This document shows, piece after piece, positions 44,881 through 54,714 of a stretch of DNA of 58,837 nt. The DNA comes from Thermoanaerobaculia bacterium. Its GTDB lineage: Bacteria > Acidobacteriota > Thermoanaerobaculia > UBA5066. The position numbers and the translations under genes are program-made. The notes beneath the pieces are model-generated. The model did not search any database. It saw only the letters and a list, made by a program, of their open reading frames with translations, and was not told where the DNA came from. Where the stretch lies: the NCBI GenBank assembly GCA_041482235.1, contig JBGPDK010000003.1, positions 1 through 58,837 of the forward strand. The letters are read 5' to 3'. Every line of letters begins with the position of its first letter. Within the stretch, counting starts at the first letter, position 1.

Positions 44881-45980
44881 GGCGCCGTGAGGACCGCCGC
44901 GAGAACGTTGCCCCCGGCGCCGAAGGCGTCGACCAGGATGGCGCCGATTTCGGGATTCGCGCGCAGCTCGGCGGCGGCGAGGGCGAGCTGGATCGCGCCG
45001 ATCGCCGGGTTCTCGCCGAGGCCGTCCTTGACGGCCAGCGTGCGCGGCAGCCGGGCGCCGAAGACGTCCGCGAGGGCGGCTTCTTCGGCGGCGTCCGTCG
45101 CGGGCGATCCGTTCCTCGAGAGGTGGACGAGTCCCACGTCGGATGGCGCGAGCCCGGCCTGCTCGAGGGCGTCGCGTACCGCGGCCGCGAGAACAGCCGG
45201 ATGGGCGCGCCGCTTCTGGGGCGAGACGGCCTCGCCGCGCGAGGCGATCCCCGCGACCCGCGCGTCGACCCGGGCCCCGCGCGCGCGGGCCGTCGCCTCG
45301 TCCTCGACGAGGACCACGCCCGCGCCCTCGCCGAGGACGAACCCGGGACGCCGCCCGGTGCGGGTGGCATGCACCCGCTCGTACGCGCGGTGGTAGACGA
45401 GGTTCCATTCGTCGGCCGCGCCCACGATCAGAGCGTCCGCGCGGCCGTCCGCGAGGAGCATTCGGGCGTAAAAGAGCGCGTTCAGGGCGGCCGGATCCTT
45501 CTGGGTGATCGTCACGTTCGGGCCCTTGATGCCGACCTCGATCGCGGCCTGCGAGGCGGGCGCGTTCGCCACCGTGTTCGGGAAGAGAAACGGCGACGCG
45601 GCGTCGGGCGATTCGACCGCCATCTGGCGCTCGAACTCGGTCAGCGGACCGACGCCGGCCGAGCCTGTGCCGAGGAGAATGCCGGTTCGCGCCTCGCGTC
45701 CCGCGAGCGTGTAGCTCGCGTCGGCGAGGAGCTGCCTCACCGCGACGACGGCGTACTGGCTGCCGAGGTCGAGGCGGCGGGCCTTGCTTCTCGGCAGTTC
45801 CGGCTCCGTCGTGAACGGGCCGATGCGCGCCGCGGGGGAGCGGTCGGCCAGAGGCGGCGCGCCGTCCCCTTCGACGGGAGCCACGGCGGAGCGCCCGACG
45901 GCGAGCGCGGCGCGGGTCTCGGCGAGCGTCCGGCCGAGCGCCGTGACCGCGGACTCCCCGGTGATGACAGGCGCCTTCAA
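44877..45980 (-). CDS. Catalytically inactive ketosynthase homologue (chain-length-factor-like)
   Basis: SPFLFPNTVANAPA and LGEGAG; the Cys site reads ITQKDP and the His site reads HLSRNG. TTG 45980 overlaps the KS stop. Confidence 0.8.
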   Translation of the reverse strand: MKAPVITGESAVTALGRTLAETRAALAVGRSAVAPVEGDGAPPLADRSPAARIGPFTTEPELPRSKARRLDLGSQYAVVAVRQLLADASYTLAGREARTGILLGTGSAGVGPLTEFERQMAVESPDAASPFLFPNTVANAPASQAAIEVGIKGPNVTITQKDPAALNALFYARMLLADGRADALIVGAADEWNLVYHRAYERVHATRTGRRPGFVLGEGAGVVLVEDEATARARGARVDARVAGIASRGEAVSPQKRRAHPAVLAAAVRDALEQAGLAPSDVGLVHLSRNGSPATDAAEEAALADVFGARLPRTLAVKDGLGENPAIGAIQLALAAAELRANPEIGAILVDAFGAGGNVLAAVLTAP

Positions 45981-47188
45981 GCGGCCCCGAACGCCACGAC
46001 CGTCGAGTTCCCCCCGAACGCGAACGAGTTCGAGAGCGCTGTCCTCACACGCACCTCGCGGGCGATGTTCGGGACGTAGTCGAGGTCGCACTCGGGATCG
46101 GGCTCCTCGAGGCGGATCGTGGGCGGCACGAGGCCGGTCTCGATCGTGCGGACGGTCGCGACGGCCTCGATGGCGCCCGCCGCGCAGAGGCAGTGTCCGA
46201 GCATGGACTTGATCGAGGAGACGGGGATCTCGCGGGCGCGGTGAGCGAGCGCCCGTTTGATCGAGGCCGTCTCGGCGGAGTCGTTCTGCGGCGTGGCGGT
46301 GCCGTGCGCGTTCACGTAGTCCACGTCCTCGGGGTTCAGGCCGGACGCGAGGAGGCACGCGGCGATCGTGCGCGCGCCCGCCTCGCCGGTGGGCTCGGGC
46401 TGCGTCATGTGGTGTGCGTCGGACGTCACGCCGTAGCCGAGGAAGCGGGCCCGGACGCGCGCTCCGCGGCGGAGAGCGTGGCCTTCGTCCTCGAAGACGA
46501 GGAGTCCGGCGGCCTCGCCGATCGTGAGCCCCTTTCGGCGGCGGTCGAACGGGCGGCAGGGCTCGGGATCGACCGAGCGCAGGGCGTTGAAACCGCCGTG
46601 CGTGAGTCGGGCAAACGTGTCGGCGCCGCCGGTCACGACGACGTCGCAGAAGCCGTGGCGGATCAGGTCGGCGGCGTAGCCGAGGGACGTCGCCGAGGAC
46701 GAGCAAGCCGTCGTGATCGTGGAGCGGGGGCCGAGGAAGCCCCAGCGCTCGGCAATCCGGTCGGTCGTCTGGTCCGGGGGATGGTTGAGAACCTTCGTCG
46801 GGCGCGCGTGGCGCGGCCCCTTCGCGAGAAGGTCCCGGAAATAGTTCTCGCTGTCGAGGAGGCCCGACACGCCTCCTCCGAGGACGACGCCGATGCGCGA
46901 GGGATTTTCACGATCGAGGTCGAGCCCCGCGTCGTCAAGGGCTTCGGCCGCCGCCGTGAGGCCGATGACGTCGGTGCGCGAGAGGCGGCGTCGCAGGGCC
47001 GGTTCGAGCCCCAGGGGCAGCACCTTGACCTCGGCCGCGAGCTTCGTGCGGAAGGCCGACGCGTCGAAGAGCGTGATCGGACCGATGCCCGAGCGGCCGG
47101 TGACGAGGCCTTCCCAGGTCGACGCGAGGTCGTTCCCGAGCGAGGTCACGGCCCCGAGGCCCGTCACGACGATGCGGCGTTCGTCCAT
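45977..47188 (-). CDS. FabF-like beta-ketoacyl-ACP synthase
   Basis: TACSSS, NAHGTAT, KSMLGH, SNSFAFGG. Confidence 0.93.
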   Translation of the reverse strand: MDERRIVVTGLGAVTSLGNDLASTWEGLVTGRSGIGPITLFDASAFRTKLAAEVKVLPLGLEPALRRRLSRTDVIGLTAAAEALDDAGLDLDRENPSRIGVVLGGGVSGLLDSENYFRDLLAKGPRHARPTKVLNHPPDQTTDRIAERWGFLGPRSTITTACSSSATSLGYAADLIRHGFCDVVVTGGADTFARLTHGGFNALRSVDPEPCRPFDRRRKGLTIGEAAGLLVFEDEGHALRRGARVRARFLGYGVTSDAHHMTQPEPTGEAGARTIAACLLASGLNPEDVDYVNAHGTATPQNDSAETASIKRALAHRAREIPVSSIKSMLGHCLCAAGAIEAVATVRTIETGLVPPTIRLEEPDPECDLDYVPNIAREVRVRTALSNSFAFGGNSTVVAFGAA

Positions 47189-47223
47189 TCGGCGGATCTT
47201 ACTGAGATTGTTAGCATGCGGGC
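47189..47223. promoter_or_regulatory. Back-to-back -10 elements, candidate bidirectional leaderless promoter
   Basis: TAAGAT (- strand, 47196-47201) 7 nt from ATG 47188; TAGCAT (+ strand, 47212-47217) 6 nt from ATG 47224; no SD on either side. Confidence 0.55.
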
Positions 47224-49026
47224 ATGCTTGACCGCCGCGCGCTCGCCCTGACCGTCCTCTGCTTCGCCTTTCCAGCCGCAGCCGAGGGGCCGCCGACCGC
47301 CGCCGAGGCGGAAGTGTTCCTGAAGAACGCAGAGCAGCGCCTCCTGCAGCTCTCCGTGGAGGCCGGACGCGCTGACTGGGTGAAGCTCAACTTCATCACC
47401 GAGGACACCGAGCTTCTGGCCGCGAAGGCCGACGAGCGCGCGATCAACGCGGCTGTCGAGCTGGCCAAGCAGGCCGTGCGGTTCGACACGCTCGCGTTGC
47501 CGGAGGAGCTCGCCCGCAAGATGAAGCTCCTGAAGAACTCTCTCACGCTCGCGACGCCGTCGGACCCGAAGGAGAGCGAGCAGCTCACGCGCATCGCGTC
47601 GTCGATGGAAGGCCTGTACGGCAAAGGCAAGGACTGCCGGCAGGGCAAGGACGGGAAAGAAGAGTGCCGCGACCTCGGGGAGCTGTCGAAGATCCTGGCC
47701 ACGAGCCGCAGCTACGACGAGCTGCTCGACGCCTGGACGGGATGGCACGCCATCTCGCGGCCCATGAGAAAGGACTTCGTCACGTACGTCGCGCTGGCGA
47801 ACAAGGGCGCGAAGGAGCTGGGTTTCGCCGACACCGGCGCGATGTGGCGCTCGAAATACGACATGCCGCCGGATGCGTTCGAGAAGGAGCTGGACCGCCT
47901 GTGGGAGCAGGTGAAGCCGCTCTACATCTCGCTCCACGCCTATGTGCGCACGAAGCTGCACGAAAAGTACGGCGACCGCGTGAGCACGAGCGGACCCATC
48001 CCCGCGCATCTCCTCGGCAACATGTGGGCACAGGAATGGGGAAACATCTACCCGCTCGTGGCTCCGGCGGGCGCGGATCCCGGTTACGACCTGACGCAGA
48101 TTTTGAAGAGCCGCAAGACGAACGACCAGCAGATGGTCAGGTACGGCGAGGCGTTCTTCACGTCGCTGGGCTTCGCGCCCTTGCCCGGGACGTTCTGGAA
48201 GCGTTCTCTTTTTCTGAAGCCCCGTGACCGTGAGGTCGTGTGTCATGCGAGCGCGTGGGACGTGGACTCCGCGAACGACCTGCGCATCAAGATGTGCATC
48301 GACATCACCGCCGAGGACTTCAGCACCATCCATCACGAGCTGGGCCACAACTTCTACCAGCGCGCTTACAACGAGCAGCCGTACCTCTTTCGCGACAGTG
48401 CCGACGACGGTTTCCACGAGGCCGTCGGCGACACGATCGCGCTCTCCGTGACGCCCGAATACCTCGTGAAGCTCGGGCTCCTCGAGAAGGCGCCGGACAC
48501 GTCGAAGGACATCGGCCTGCTCCTCGACAAGGCGCTGGAGAAGATCGCCTTCCTGCCTTTCGGGCTCGTGATCGACCAGTGGCGCTGGAAGGTGTTCTCG
48601 GGCCAGATCCCGCCGGAGAAATACAACGAGGCGTGGTGGGAGCTCCGGAAGAAATACCAGGGGATCGCACCGCCCGCTGCGCGGAACGAGCAGGATTTCG
48701 ATCCCGGCGCGAAGTTCCACGTGGCCGGCAACGTTCCCTACATGCGGTACTTCCTGGCGGACATCCTCCAGTTCCAGTTTCACCGCGCGCTGGCCGGAAT
48801 CGCCGGCTGCAAGGGCCCGCTCAACCGCTGCTCGATTTACGGCAACAAGGAGGCCGGGAGCCGGCTGAATGCGATGCTGTCGATGGGCGCGAGCCGCCCC
48901 TGGCCGGAGGCGCTCGCGGCGCTGACCGGGCAGAAGCAGATGGATGCGACCGCCATCCGCGACTACTTCGCCCCGCTGAAGACGTGGCTCGACGAGCAGA
49001 ACAAAGGCAAGCCCGTCGGCTGGTAG
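47224..49026 (+). CDS. Secreted M2-family peptidyl-dipeptidase (ACE homologue)
   Basis: PAHLLGNMWAQEW, CHASAWD, HHELGH, FHEAVGD, FDPGAKFHV. Confidence 0.95.
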   Translation: MLDRRALALTVLCFAFPAAAEGPPTAAEAEVFLKNAEQRLLQLSVEAGRADWVKLNFITEDTELLAAKADERAINAAVELAKQAVRFDTLALPEELARKMKLLKNSLTLATPSDPKESEQLTRIASSMEGLYGKGKDCRQGKDGKEECRDLGELSKILATSRSYDELLDAWTGWHAISRPMRKDFVTYVALANKGAKELGFADTGAMWRSKYDMPPDAFEKELDRLWEQVKPLYISLHAYVRTKLHEKYGDRVSTSGPIPAHLLGNMWAQEWGNIYPLVAPAGADPGYDLTQILKSRKTNDQQMVRYGEAFFTSLGFAPLPGTFWKRSLFLKPRDREVVCHASAWDVDSANDLRIKMCIDITAEDFSTIHHELGHNFYQRAYNEQPYLFRDSADDGFHEAVGDTIALSVTPEYLVKLGLLEKAPDTSKDIGLLLDKALEKIAFLPFGLVIDQWRWKVFSGQIPPEKYNEAWWELRKKYQGIAPPAARNEQDFDPGAKFHVAGNVPYMRYFLADILQFQFHRALAGIAGCKGPLNRCSIYGNKEAGSRLNAMLSMGASRPWPEALAALTGQKQMDATAIRDYFAPLKTWLDEQNKGKPVGW

Positions 49027-49067
49027 CGCGCCCCCGGGCGCGGCGGGGTCTGTATCATTCCGGCCTC

Positions 49068-49517
49068 GTGGCCGAGCGCGTCGACTGGCATCGCTACTTC
49101 ATGAACATCGCCGAGGAAGTGGCGAGGCGGGCCACGTGCCCGCGCAAGCACGTCGGCGCGGTCGTCGTGCGAGACAAGCGGCTCCTCTCCACGGGCTACA
49201 ACGGCTCGCTCCGGGGCCTCCCGCACTGTGACGAGGTCGGCTGCCTGATGGAGGACGGCCACTGCATCGCGACGGTTCATGCCGAGGCGAACGCGATTCT
49301 CCAGGCCGCGATGAACGGCGTCCGCATCGAGGGCGGCGAGATCTACACCACGGCCTCGCCCTGCTGGAGCTGCTTCAAGCTCATCGCAAACGCGGGGCTC
49401 GTCGCCGTGTACTTCGGCGAGTTCTACCGCGAGCCGCGCATCCACGACTACGCCGACCGCGTCGGGATCCGCCTCTTCGACCTGTCGGCCCGCTCGGACT
49501 TCTCAGAGCCCCGCTAG
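49068..49517 (+). CDS. dCMP deaminase family protein
   Basis: WHRYFM, STGYNG, HAEANA, PCWSC; C-terminal part of ORF 48240..49517. Confidence 0.92.
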   Translation: MAERVDWHRYFMNIAEEVARRATCPRKHVGAVVVRDKRLLSTGYNGSLRGLPHCDEVGCLMEDGHCIATVHAEANAILQAAMNGVRIEGGEIYTTASPCWSCFKLIANAGLVAVYFGEFYREPRIHDYADRVGIRLFDLSARSDFSEPR

Positions 49518-50194
49518 GTCGAGGCTCGGCCGAGCCGCAGTCGTGTTGAAAGGTAGTCGTCGATGAGGAGGCGCGCGTTCTCGGAAAGCCGGAAGAAGCG
49601 GGCGCCGAAGCCGGAGAGCGCCCCCGGGGCGCGCCGGACGACGATCACTTCGCCCGTCACGATCTTGCCGGCCCGGTCGTGCGGAAGCCTGAAGCTCACC
49701 TCGAGGCGTGCGCCAACGGGCTGAACCTCGCTCGCCGTCGTGAAGAATCCCGACGAGGAGATGTCGATCAGGCGCCCTTCCGTGGGGCGGCCGCCCCTCC
49801 AGAAGGCCACGGGGGCGTCGACCGGCACGCGCGGCGCGGCGCGCTCGAAGAGGTCGAGGAGCCGCCGGACCTCGGCGAGCACGACGTCCGGCGCGGCCCC
49901 GCCGGCCAGGACATGGACCGACCCCGCGCCGCGCGCCTCGTCGGCACGATCCGGAGAGGCGAGGACGAGGAACGGCACCGCGTGGGCGGCGCGAAGGGCC
50001 CGGAGCGCCTCGAGCGCGGCCTCCGGATTCCGCTCGAGGTCCGCGATGACGAGAACGGGGCGGCTCGCCACGACGGCGTCGAGTGCCTCTCCCGCCGTCG
50101 CGGCGTCGAGGAGCGTGACATCGCTCGTCGAGCGCCAGGAGGGCTCTTCGGGCAGGCGCCGCCGGGCGCCGTCGAGAAGAAGAATCGTCGGCAT
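49514..50194 (-). CDS. Atypical receiver-like domain + PilZ domain protein
   Basis: RAAPR (RxxxR) and DISSSG (DxSxxG); degenerate REC-like N-terminus. Confidence 0.82.
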   Translation of the reverse strand: MPTILLLDGARRRLPEEPSWRSTSDVTLLDAATAGEALDAVVASRPVLVIADLERNPEAALEALRALRAAHAVPFLVLASPDRADEARGAGSVHVLAGGAAPDVVLAEVRRLLDLFERAAPRVPVDAPVAFWRGGRPTEGRLIDISSSGFFTTASEVQPVGARLEVSFRLPHDRAGKIVTGEVIVVRRAPGALSGFGARFFRLSENARLLIDDYLSTRLRLGRAST

Positions 50195-50236
50195 GGAGTG
50201 ATCGAGAACGAGTCTCGATCGGCTAGTTTACCGCCT

Positions 50237-52117
50237 TCACCAGGTCAGATTGAAACCGCCGAAGAACGTGCGGCGCGGCAGCGGAACGCCCGCGACCTCC
50301 TCGTAGCGCACGTTGCCGAAGTTGTTCCCATCCACGAAGAATTCGAGGATGCGCCCCTGAAACGCCTGCCACGAAAGGCGCGCCGAAAGGAGCCAGACGC
50401 CGTCGGCGAAGCTCGGGCGGGAAAGGTACGAAAGGCGTGAGGTCGCCGAGAGGTCGAAAGGAAGGGCGACGCCGGCGGCGACGTCCCATTTCACGTGAAG
50501 GGGGTCGAGGATGTACTTGCCCTGCGTCGCTCCGTCCGCTGCCGCCGAAAGGCTCGCGAGATCGACGAACAGGTACGCGACCTGAACGCGGAGCTGCGTC
50601 AGGAAGGAAGGCCGGCCGCGAGTCCAGTCCGCCGAGGCCTCGACGCCGTCCGTATCGGCCTGCCGCACGTTCCGGGCGCGGAAGGGCTCGCTCGAGGACG
50701 AGCGCACGAAGTCGATGAGGTCGGTCGCATGCCTGTGAAAGTACGCCGCGTCGAGCGTGACGGCTCCGGCGGCGAGCGCGGCCCCCACTTCGGCGTTCCA
50801 CGCCTTCTCGGGGCGCAGGTCGGGATTGCCCACGTTCTGAGGGTCGACGTAGTAGAGCTCCGTGAAGGATGGGACTCGGAAGCTCGTCCCGAACGAGGCG
50901 CGGAGGGTGACGCCGGGCTGGGCGTCCCAGGCGGCGCCGGCGTAGGGCGAGAGCCGCGAACCATAGCCCTCGTACATGTCCAGACGGAGACCCGCGCGCA
51001 CGCCGCCCGCGGCGGGCGTGTCCGGGGCCCAACCGTGCGCGAGCTCGGCGAAGAGCGCGCCGTGGCCCCGGCCGTGGCTCCCGAGATTCGTGGACGAAAT
51101 CGTCTCGCGTCCGGCTTCCACGCCGAACGCGAGTGTGCCGCCGAGAAGCGCGTGTCGGGCGGCCGCGCGGACGAGCCCCGTGACGGTGTCGTGAAGGTTC
51201 TCGTAGAACGACGGGTCGTTCCTTTCGAGCACGAAGTCGTCGTGGTGGGCGCGCGCGAATGCGGACGGCGTCAGCGTCCAGCCGCCGAGGGTGAGAGTCG
51301 AAGAGAGGGTGGCCGTGCGCGTGCGCGTCGACTCCTGCTGATTCGGAAATGTCGTGCCGTAGAAGCCGTAGGCGCCGAAGTTGCGGCTCGCGTAACCGAG
51401 GCCGAGCGCCACGGGCCCAGCGCCCGTGTCCCAGCGGCCGGAGACGCGAAGAAGGCCGGATGCGGATTCCGTGTCGTCGCGAAAACCCGCGTTCTCCGTC
51501 CGCTCCCAGTCGACCGCCGCCGAGACGGAGTCGCTGAGGCGCATCGCGACGCGGGAGCCGCCGGCGTCGAGGGAATCGCTGCCGTGCCCGTAGTGAGCCT
51601 CGAGGTGCATGTTCGACCGCCCGAGATCGGCCCCGCGCGTCACGATGTTCACGACGCCGCCCACCGCGTTCGAGCCCCACAGCGCGGAGCCGCCTCCGGA
51701 CAGGACCTCGATCCTCTCGACGGCCCCGAGCGGCACGTCGAAGTCCGCCGAGAGATGTCCGCTCTCGGGGTCGGTCGCGGGCTGGCCGTCGACGAGGAGG
51801 AGGGTGCCGTTGAAATCCGAGCCGCGGATCCCGATGTCCGCCTGCGTCCCGTTCAGGCCCCGCCGGCGCACGTCGATTCCGACGAGCGTCAGGAGGACGT
51901 CGGGCAGCGCGCGCGCTCCCGGCATCGCCGCGATCTCCTCGCGCGTCACGACGCGGACCGTGGCGGAGGCCGGCGCCACGTCGAGGCGCGTCGCGACGAC
52001 GGCGACCTCCTGCTTGATGCGCGGGGCGGCGGTCTCGTCCGTCGGAAGCGTTTCCTGCGCGACGAGGGGCGCCGCGCCGAGCGCCGCGGCGAGGGAAGCG
52101 CGGGCGATCCCGGTCAT
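50237..52117 (-). CDS. TonB-dependent receptor
   Basis: Signal peptide from ATG 52117; plug IRGS..LLVDG..ERIEVL..SALWGSNAVGGVVNIVT; NPDLRPE; terminal W. Confidence 0.92.
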   Translation of the reverse strand: MTGIARASLAAALGAAPLVAQETLPTDETAAPRIKQEVAVVATRLDVAPASATVRVVTREEIAAMPGARALPDVLLTLVGIDVRRRGLNGTQADIGIRGSDFNGTLLLVDGQPATDPESGHLSADFDVPLGAVERIEVLSGGGSALWGSNAVGGVVNIVTRGADLGRSNMHLEAHYGHGSDSLDAGGSRVAMRLSDSVSAAVDWERTENAGFRDDTESASGLLRVSGRWDTGAGPVALGLGYASRNFGAYGFYGTTFPNQQESTRTRTATLSSTLTLGGWTLTPSAFARAHHDDFVLERNDPSFYENLHDTVTGLVRAAARHALLGGTLAFGVEAGRETISSTNLGSHGRGHGALFAELAHGWAPDTPAAGGVRAGLRLDMYEGYGSRLSPYAGAAWDAQPGVTLRASFGTSFRVPSFTELYYVDPQNVGNPDLRPEKAWNAEVGAALAAGAVTLDAAYFHRHATDLIDFVRSSSSEPFRARNVRQADTDGVEASADWTRGRPSFLTQLRVQVAYLFVDLASLSAAADGATQGKYILDPLHVKWDVAAGVALPFDLSATSRLSYLSRPSFADGVWLLSARLSWQAFQGRILEFFVDGNNFGNVRYEEVAGVPLPRRTFFGGFNLTW

Positions 52118-52162
52118 GGCGCGAGGATAACGGAAACGGAAGCGCGCTAAAGTCGCGCGGCG
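52118..52162. promoter_or_regulatory. Back-to-back -10 elements, candidate bidirectional leaderless promoter
   Basis: TATCCT (- strand, 52124-52129) 6 nt from ATG 52117; TAAAGT (+ strand, 52148-52153) 9 nt from ATG 52163. Confidence 0.5.
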
Positions 52163-53305
52163 ATGGACACGCTCACGCACGGCCTCGCGGGCGCGCTGCT
52201 CGCCCGCGCCCTGCCGTCCACCGGGGACGAAGTCCTCGACCGCGCGCTCGCGCGGCGCGAGACGTGGGCCGGCTTCGCGGCGGCCGTGTTCCCCGACGCC
52301 GACGTCTTCGTGTCGCCTTTCTCGGCCGAGTTCTACATCACGCAGCACCGCGCGCTGACGCACTCGTTCGTGACGCTTCCGGTGTGGATCGTCGTGCTCA
52401 CGGCCGTCGCCGTGCTCCGGCTCTCGCCCGCGCTCGGTCCTCCCGGCGCCTCCGCGCGCCGCACGGCCGTGGGGCGGATGGGCGCGGTCGTCGGGCTCGG
52501 CCTCCTGTCGCACATCCTGCTCGACTGGATCACGTCCTGGGGCACGATGTTCCTTTCGCCGCTCTCGTGGACGCGGTTCGCGCTCGACTGGACCTTCATC
52601 CTCGACGCGACGCTCTCGGGGCTTCTCGCGCTCTCGCTCGTCGGGGTCCGTGCGGTCTCGCGGCGCTCTCACGCGCGCTCGCGGACCGCGGCGCGCGCGG
52701 GCCTCCTGGCCGCGGCCGCGTACGTCGGGCTCTGCGCCGTCCGCCACGCCGAAGCGCTGCATCTCGCCGACGCGCTCGCGCCAGGCGCCGCAAAGCGGGC
52801 CGCGATCCCTCAGCCGCTTTCGCCCGACCGCTGGCTCCTCCTCTCGGACGACGGGCCCGCCGTGACGGCGACCTTCCTGGATCTCGGCAAGCGCGGGAGG
52901 GAGGGCGCGCCCTCGCCGGACACCGAGGAGCTCGCCCGTACGGGATTCCGCGGCGGCGCCCTGGGTCTGCTTCGTCATCTGGACGGCGTCTACCGTTCAC
53001 GCGACGACCTCGCGCCGCGCGCGATCGAGAAAGTGAACGGCCCGTTCGCGCGGCGCACGCTCGAGAGCGGGATCGCCGGGGTGTTCGGCCGCTTCGCGCG
53101 GTTTCCCGCCGCGCGAGAGAGGATGCGGGGAGCCACCGTGGAGGTTCTCCTTCGGGACGTGCGCTTCGGCTACCTCTCGAACGAGGTCGATCCGTTCACC
53201 TACATCGTCCGGTACTCCCGTGAAGGCGACGTCCTCTCGGCGGGCTTCCCGTCCTCGCGCTGGAGCCGCGAGAGAGCGCCCAGCCCCGTCGGCGCGGCGC
53301 GATAG
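52163..53305 (+). CDS. Membrane-bound metal-dependent hydrolase (YdjM family)
   Basis: MDTLTHG, PDAD, HRALTHS, SHILLDWITSWGT. Confidence 0.88.
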   Translation: MDTLTHGLAGALLARALPSTGDEVLDRALARRETWAGFAAAVFPDADVFVSPFSAEFYITQHRALTHSFVTLPVWIVVLTAVAVLRLSPALGPPGASARRTAVGRMGAVVGLGLLSHILLDWITSWGTMFLSPLSWTRFALDWTFILDATLSGLLALSLVGVRAVSRRSHARSRTAARAGLLAAAAYVGLCAVRHAEALHLADALAPGAAKRAAIPQPLSPDRWLLLSDDGPAVTATFLDLGKRGREGAPSPDTEELARTGFRGGALGLLRHLDGVYRSRDDLAPRAIEKVNGPFARRTLESGIAGVFGRFARFPAARERMRGATVEVLLRDVRFGYLSNEVDPFTYIVRYSREGDVLSAGFPSSRWSRERAPSPVGAAR

Positions 53306-53315
53306 GCGGCCCGCC

Positions 53316-54092
53316 ATGGCGCGCATGCCCGTCCTCTTCGTCGGCCACGGCTCGCCGATGAACGCGATCGAGGACAACGAGTGGAGCCGCGGCTTCTCCG
53401 CCCTCGCGTCCCTCGTGCCGGCCCCGCTCGCGATCCTCGCGGTGTCGGCGCACTGGTTCGTGCGGGGAACGTTCACGACCGGTGGCGCGAAGCCGCGGAC
53501 GATTCACGACTTTGGCGGCTTTCCGGCGCCGCTCTATGAAATCCGGTATCCCGCGCCCGGGAGCCCCGCGCTCGCGCATCGCGTCGCGGCTCTTCTCGGC
53601 GAGCGCGCCTCGGTCAGCCTCGAGTGGGGGCTCGATCACGGCACGTGGTCCGTGCTGCGTCACCTCCGCCCCGCCTCCGACGTGCCCGTCGTTCAGCTCA
53701 GCCTCGACGCGCATCTCGCCCCGGCGGCGCATCTCGCCCTCGGTCGCACGCTCGCGCCATTGCGCGAAGAGGGCGTGCTCGTGATGGGGAGCGGCAACAT
53801 CACGCACAACCTGAGAGACGCGTTCTCGAGGCTTCACCGCGGTGACCGCGCCACTCCCGAGTGGGCGGGGCGGTTCGACGCGGACGTCGCGCGCGCCCTC
53901 GAGGAGAGGGACGACGACTTCCTCGTGCGGGCTCCGGAGACAGACACAGGCCGCCTCTCGCACCCGACGCTCGACCACTACCTGCCGCTCCTCTACGCCG
54001 CCGGAGCCGCGGACGCGGGCGATGCCGTGCGCTTTCCCATCTCGGGCTTCGATCTGGGGTCGCTGTCCATGCGCGCGGTCTTGTTCGGGTGA
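53316..54092 (+). CDS. ygiD: 4,5-DOPA extradiol dioxygenase (LigB family)
   Basis: LFVGHGSPMN, SAHW, IHDFGGFP, GLDHGTW, GSGNITHN, HPTLDHYLPL. Confidence 0.9.
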   Translation: MARMPVLFVGHGSPMNAIEDNEWSRGFSALASLVPAPLAILAVSAHWFVRGTFTTGGAKPRTIHDFGGFPAPLYEIRYPAPGSPALAHRVAALLGERASVSLEWGLDHGTWSVLRHLRPASDVPVVQLSLDAHLAPAAHLALGRTLAPLREEGVLVMGSGNITHNLRDAFSRLHRGDRATPEWAGRFDADVARALEERDDDFLVRAPETDTGRLSHPTLDHYLPLLYAAGAADAGDAVRFPISGFDLGSLSMRAVLFG

Positions 54093-54114
54093 AAGGCCGT
54101 TTCGGAGCTCCCCT

Positions 54115-54714
54115 CTACGCGGCCCCGTGGACCGCGACCTCGACCTTCGCCGGGTGAGCGAGGGCTCGGGCCTCGACGTCGAGAAGCTCGTCGAGCCTCC
54201 TGACCGCCGCCTCCTCGCTTGCGTGTGCGACCGCAAGCTCGAGGTAGATCGGGCCGTGCCGGGCCTCGGCGTGGACGAGCTCGGCGTAGAGCTTCGCGAG
54301 GCGCGGGTCGGCCACATGGCCGAGAAGGCGTTCGAAGCGCTCGTGGCTGCGCGCCTCGATGAGCGCGGCGACGAGGAGGAGGTCGAGACCCTTGTCGGGC
54401 TCCCGCTCCTTCCGGCACACGGCGCGGAGCTCGGCCACGTAGAAATTGCGTCGCGTCGTGAGCATCGGCGCGCCGAGGCGGCGCGCCTCGCGCGAGACCC
54501 TGCGGAAGTGGCGCAGCTCCTCGGCCGCCAGCGCCGAGAGCCGGTCGACGAGCGCCGCGTTGCGCGGGTACGTCCCGACGAGCGACAACGCCTGCACCGA
54601 GGCCTGCAGCTCGCACACGGCGTGGTCGGCCACGAAGGCGGGCAGGTTTTCCACCGCCGTGATGCGCGCGGCCCACGACTCGGGCGTTTCCGACCGGAGG
54701 CGAATGGGAATCAC
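54115..54714 (-). CDS. miaE: tRNA-(ms2io6A37) hydroxylase MiaE-like diiron protein
   Basis: DHAVCE, EELRHF, ALIEARSHERF, EARH; GTG 54714 overlaps the upstream stop. Confidence 0.82.
   Translation of the reverse strand: MIPIRLRSETPESWAARITAVENLPAFVADHAVCELQASVQALSLVGTYPRNAALVDRLSALAAEELRHFRRVSREARRLGAPMLTTRRNFYVAELRAVCRKEREPDKGLDLLLVAALIEARSHERFERLLGHVADPRLAKLYAELVHAEARHGPIYLELAVAHASEEAAVRRLDELLDVEARALAHPAKVEVAVHGAA

Noticed and set aside
47224-49026. ACE homologue as a eukaryote-derived novelty
   Set aside because: Bacterial M2 peptidases are already described, and codon usage matches the host.
50237-52978. btuB assignment and the 913-aa ORF length
   Set aside because: The true start is ATG 52117 (signal peptide; the extension overlaps a real plus-strand gene). 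There is no room for a cobalamin riboswitch, so the substrate is left unassigned.
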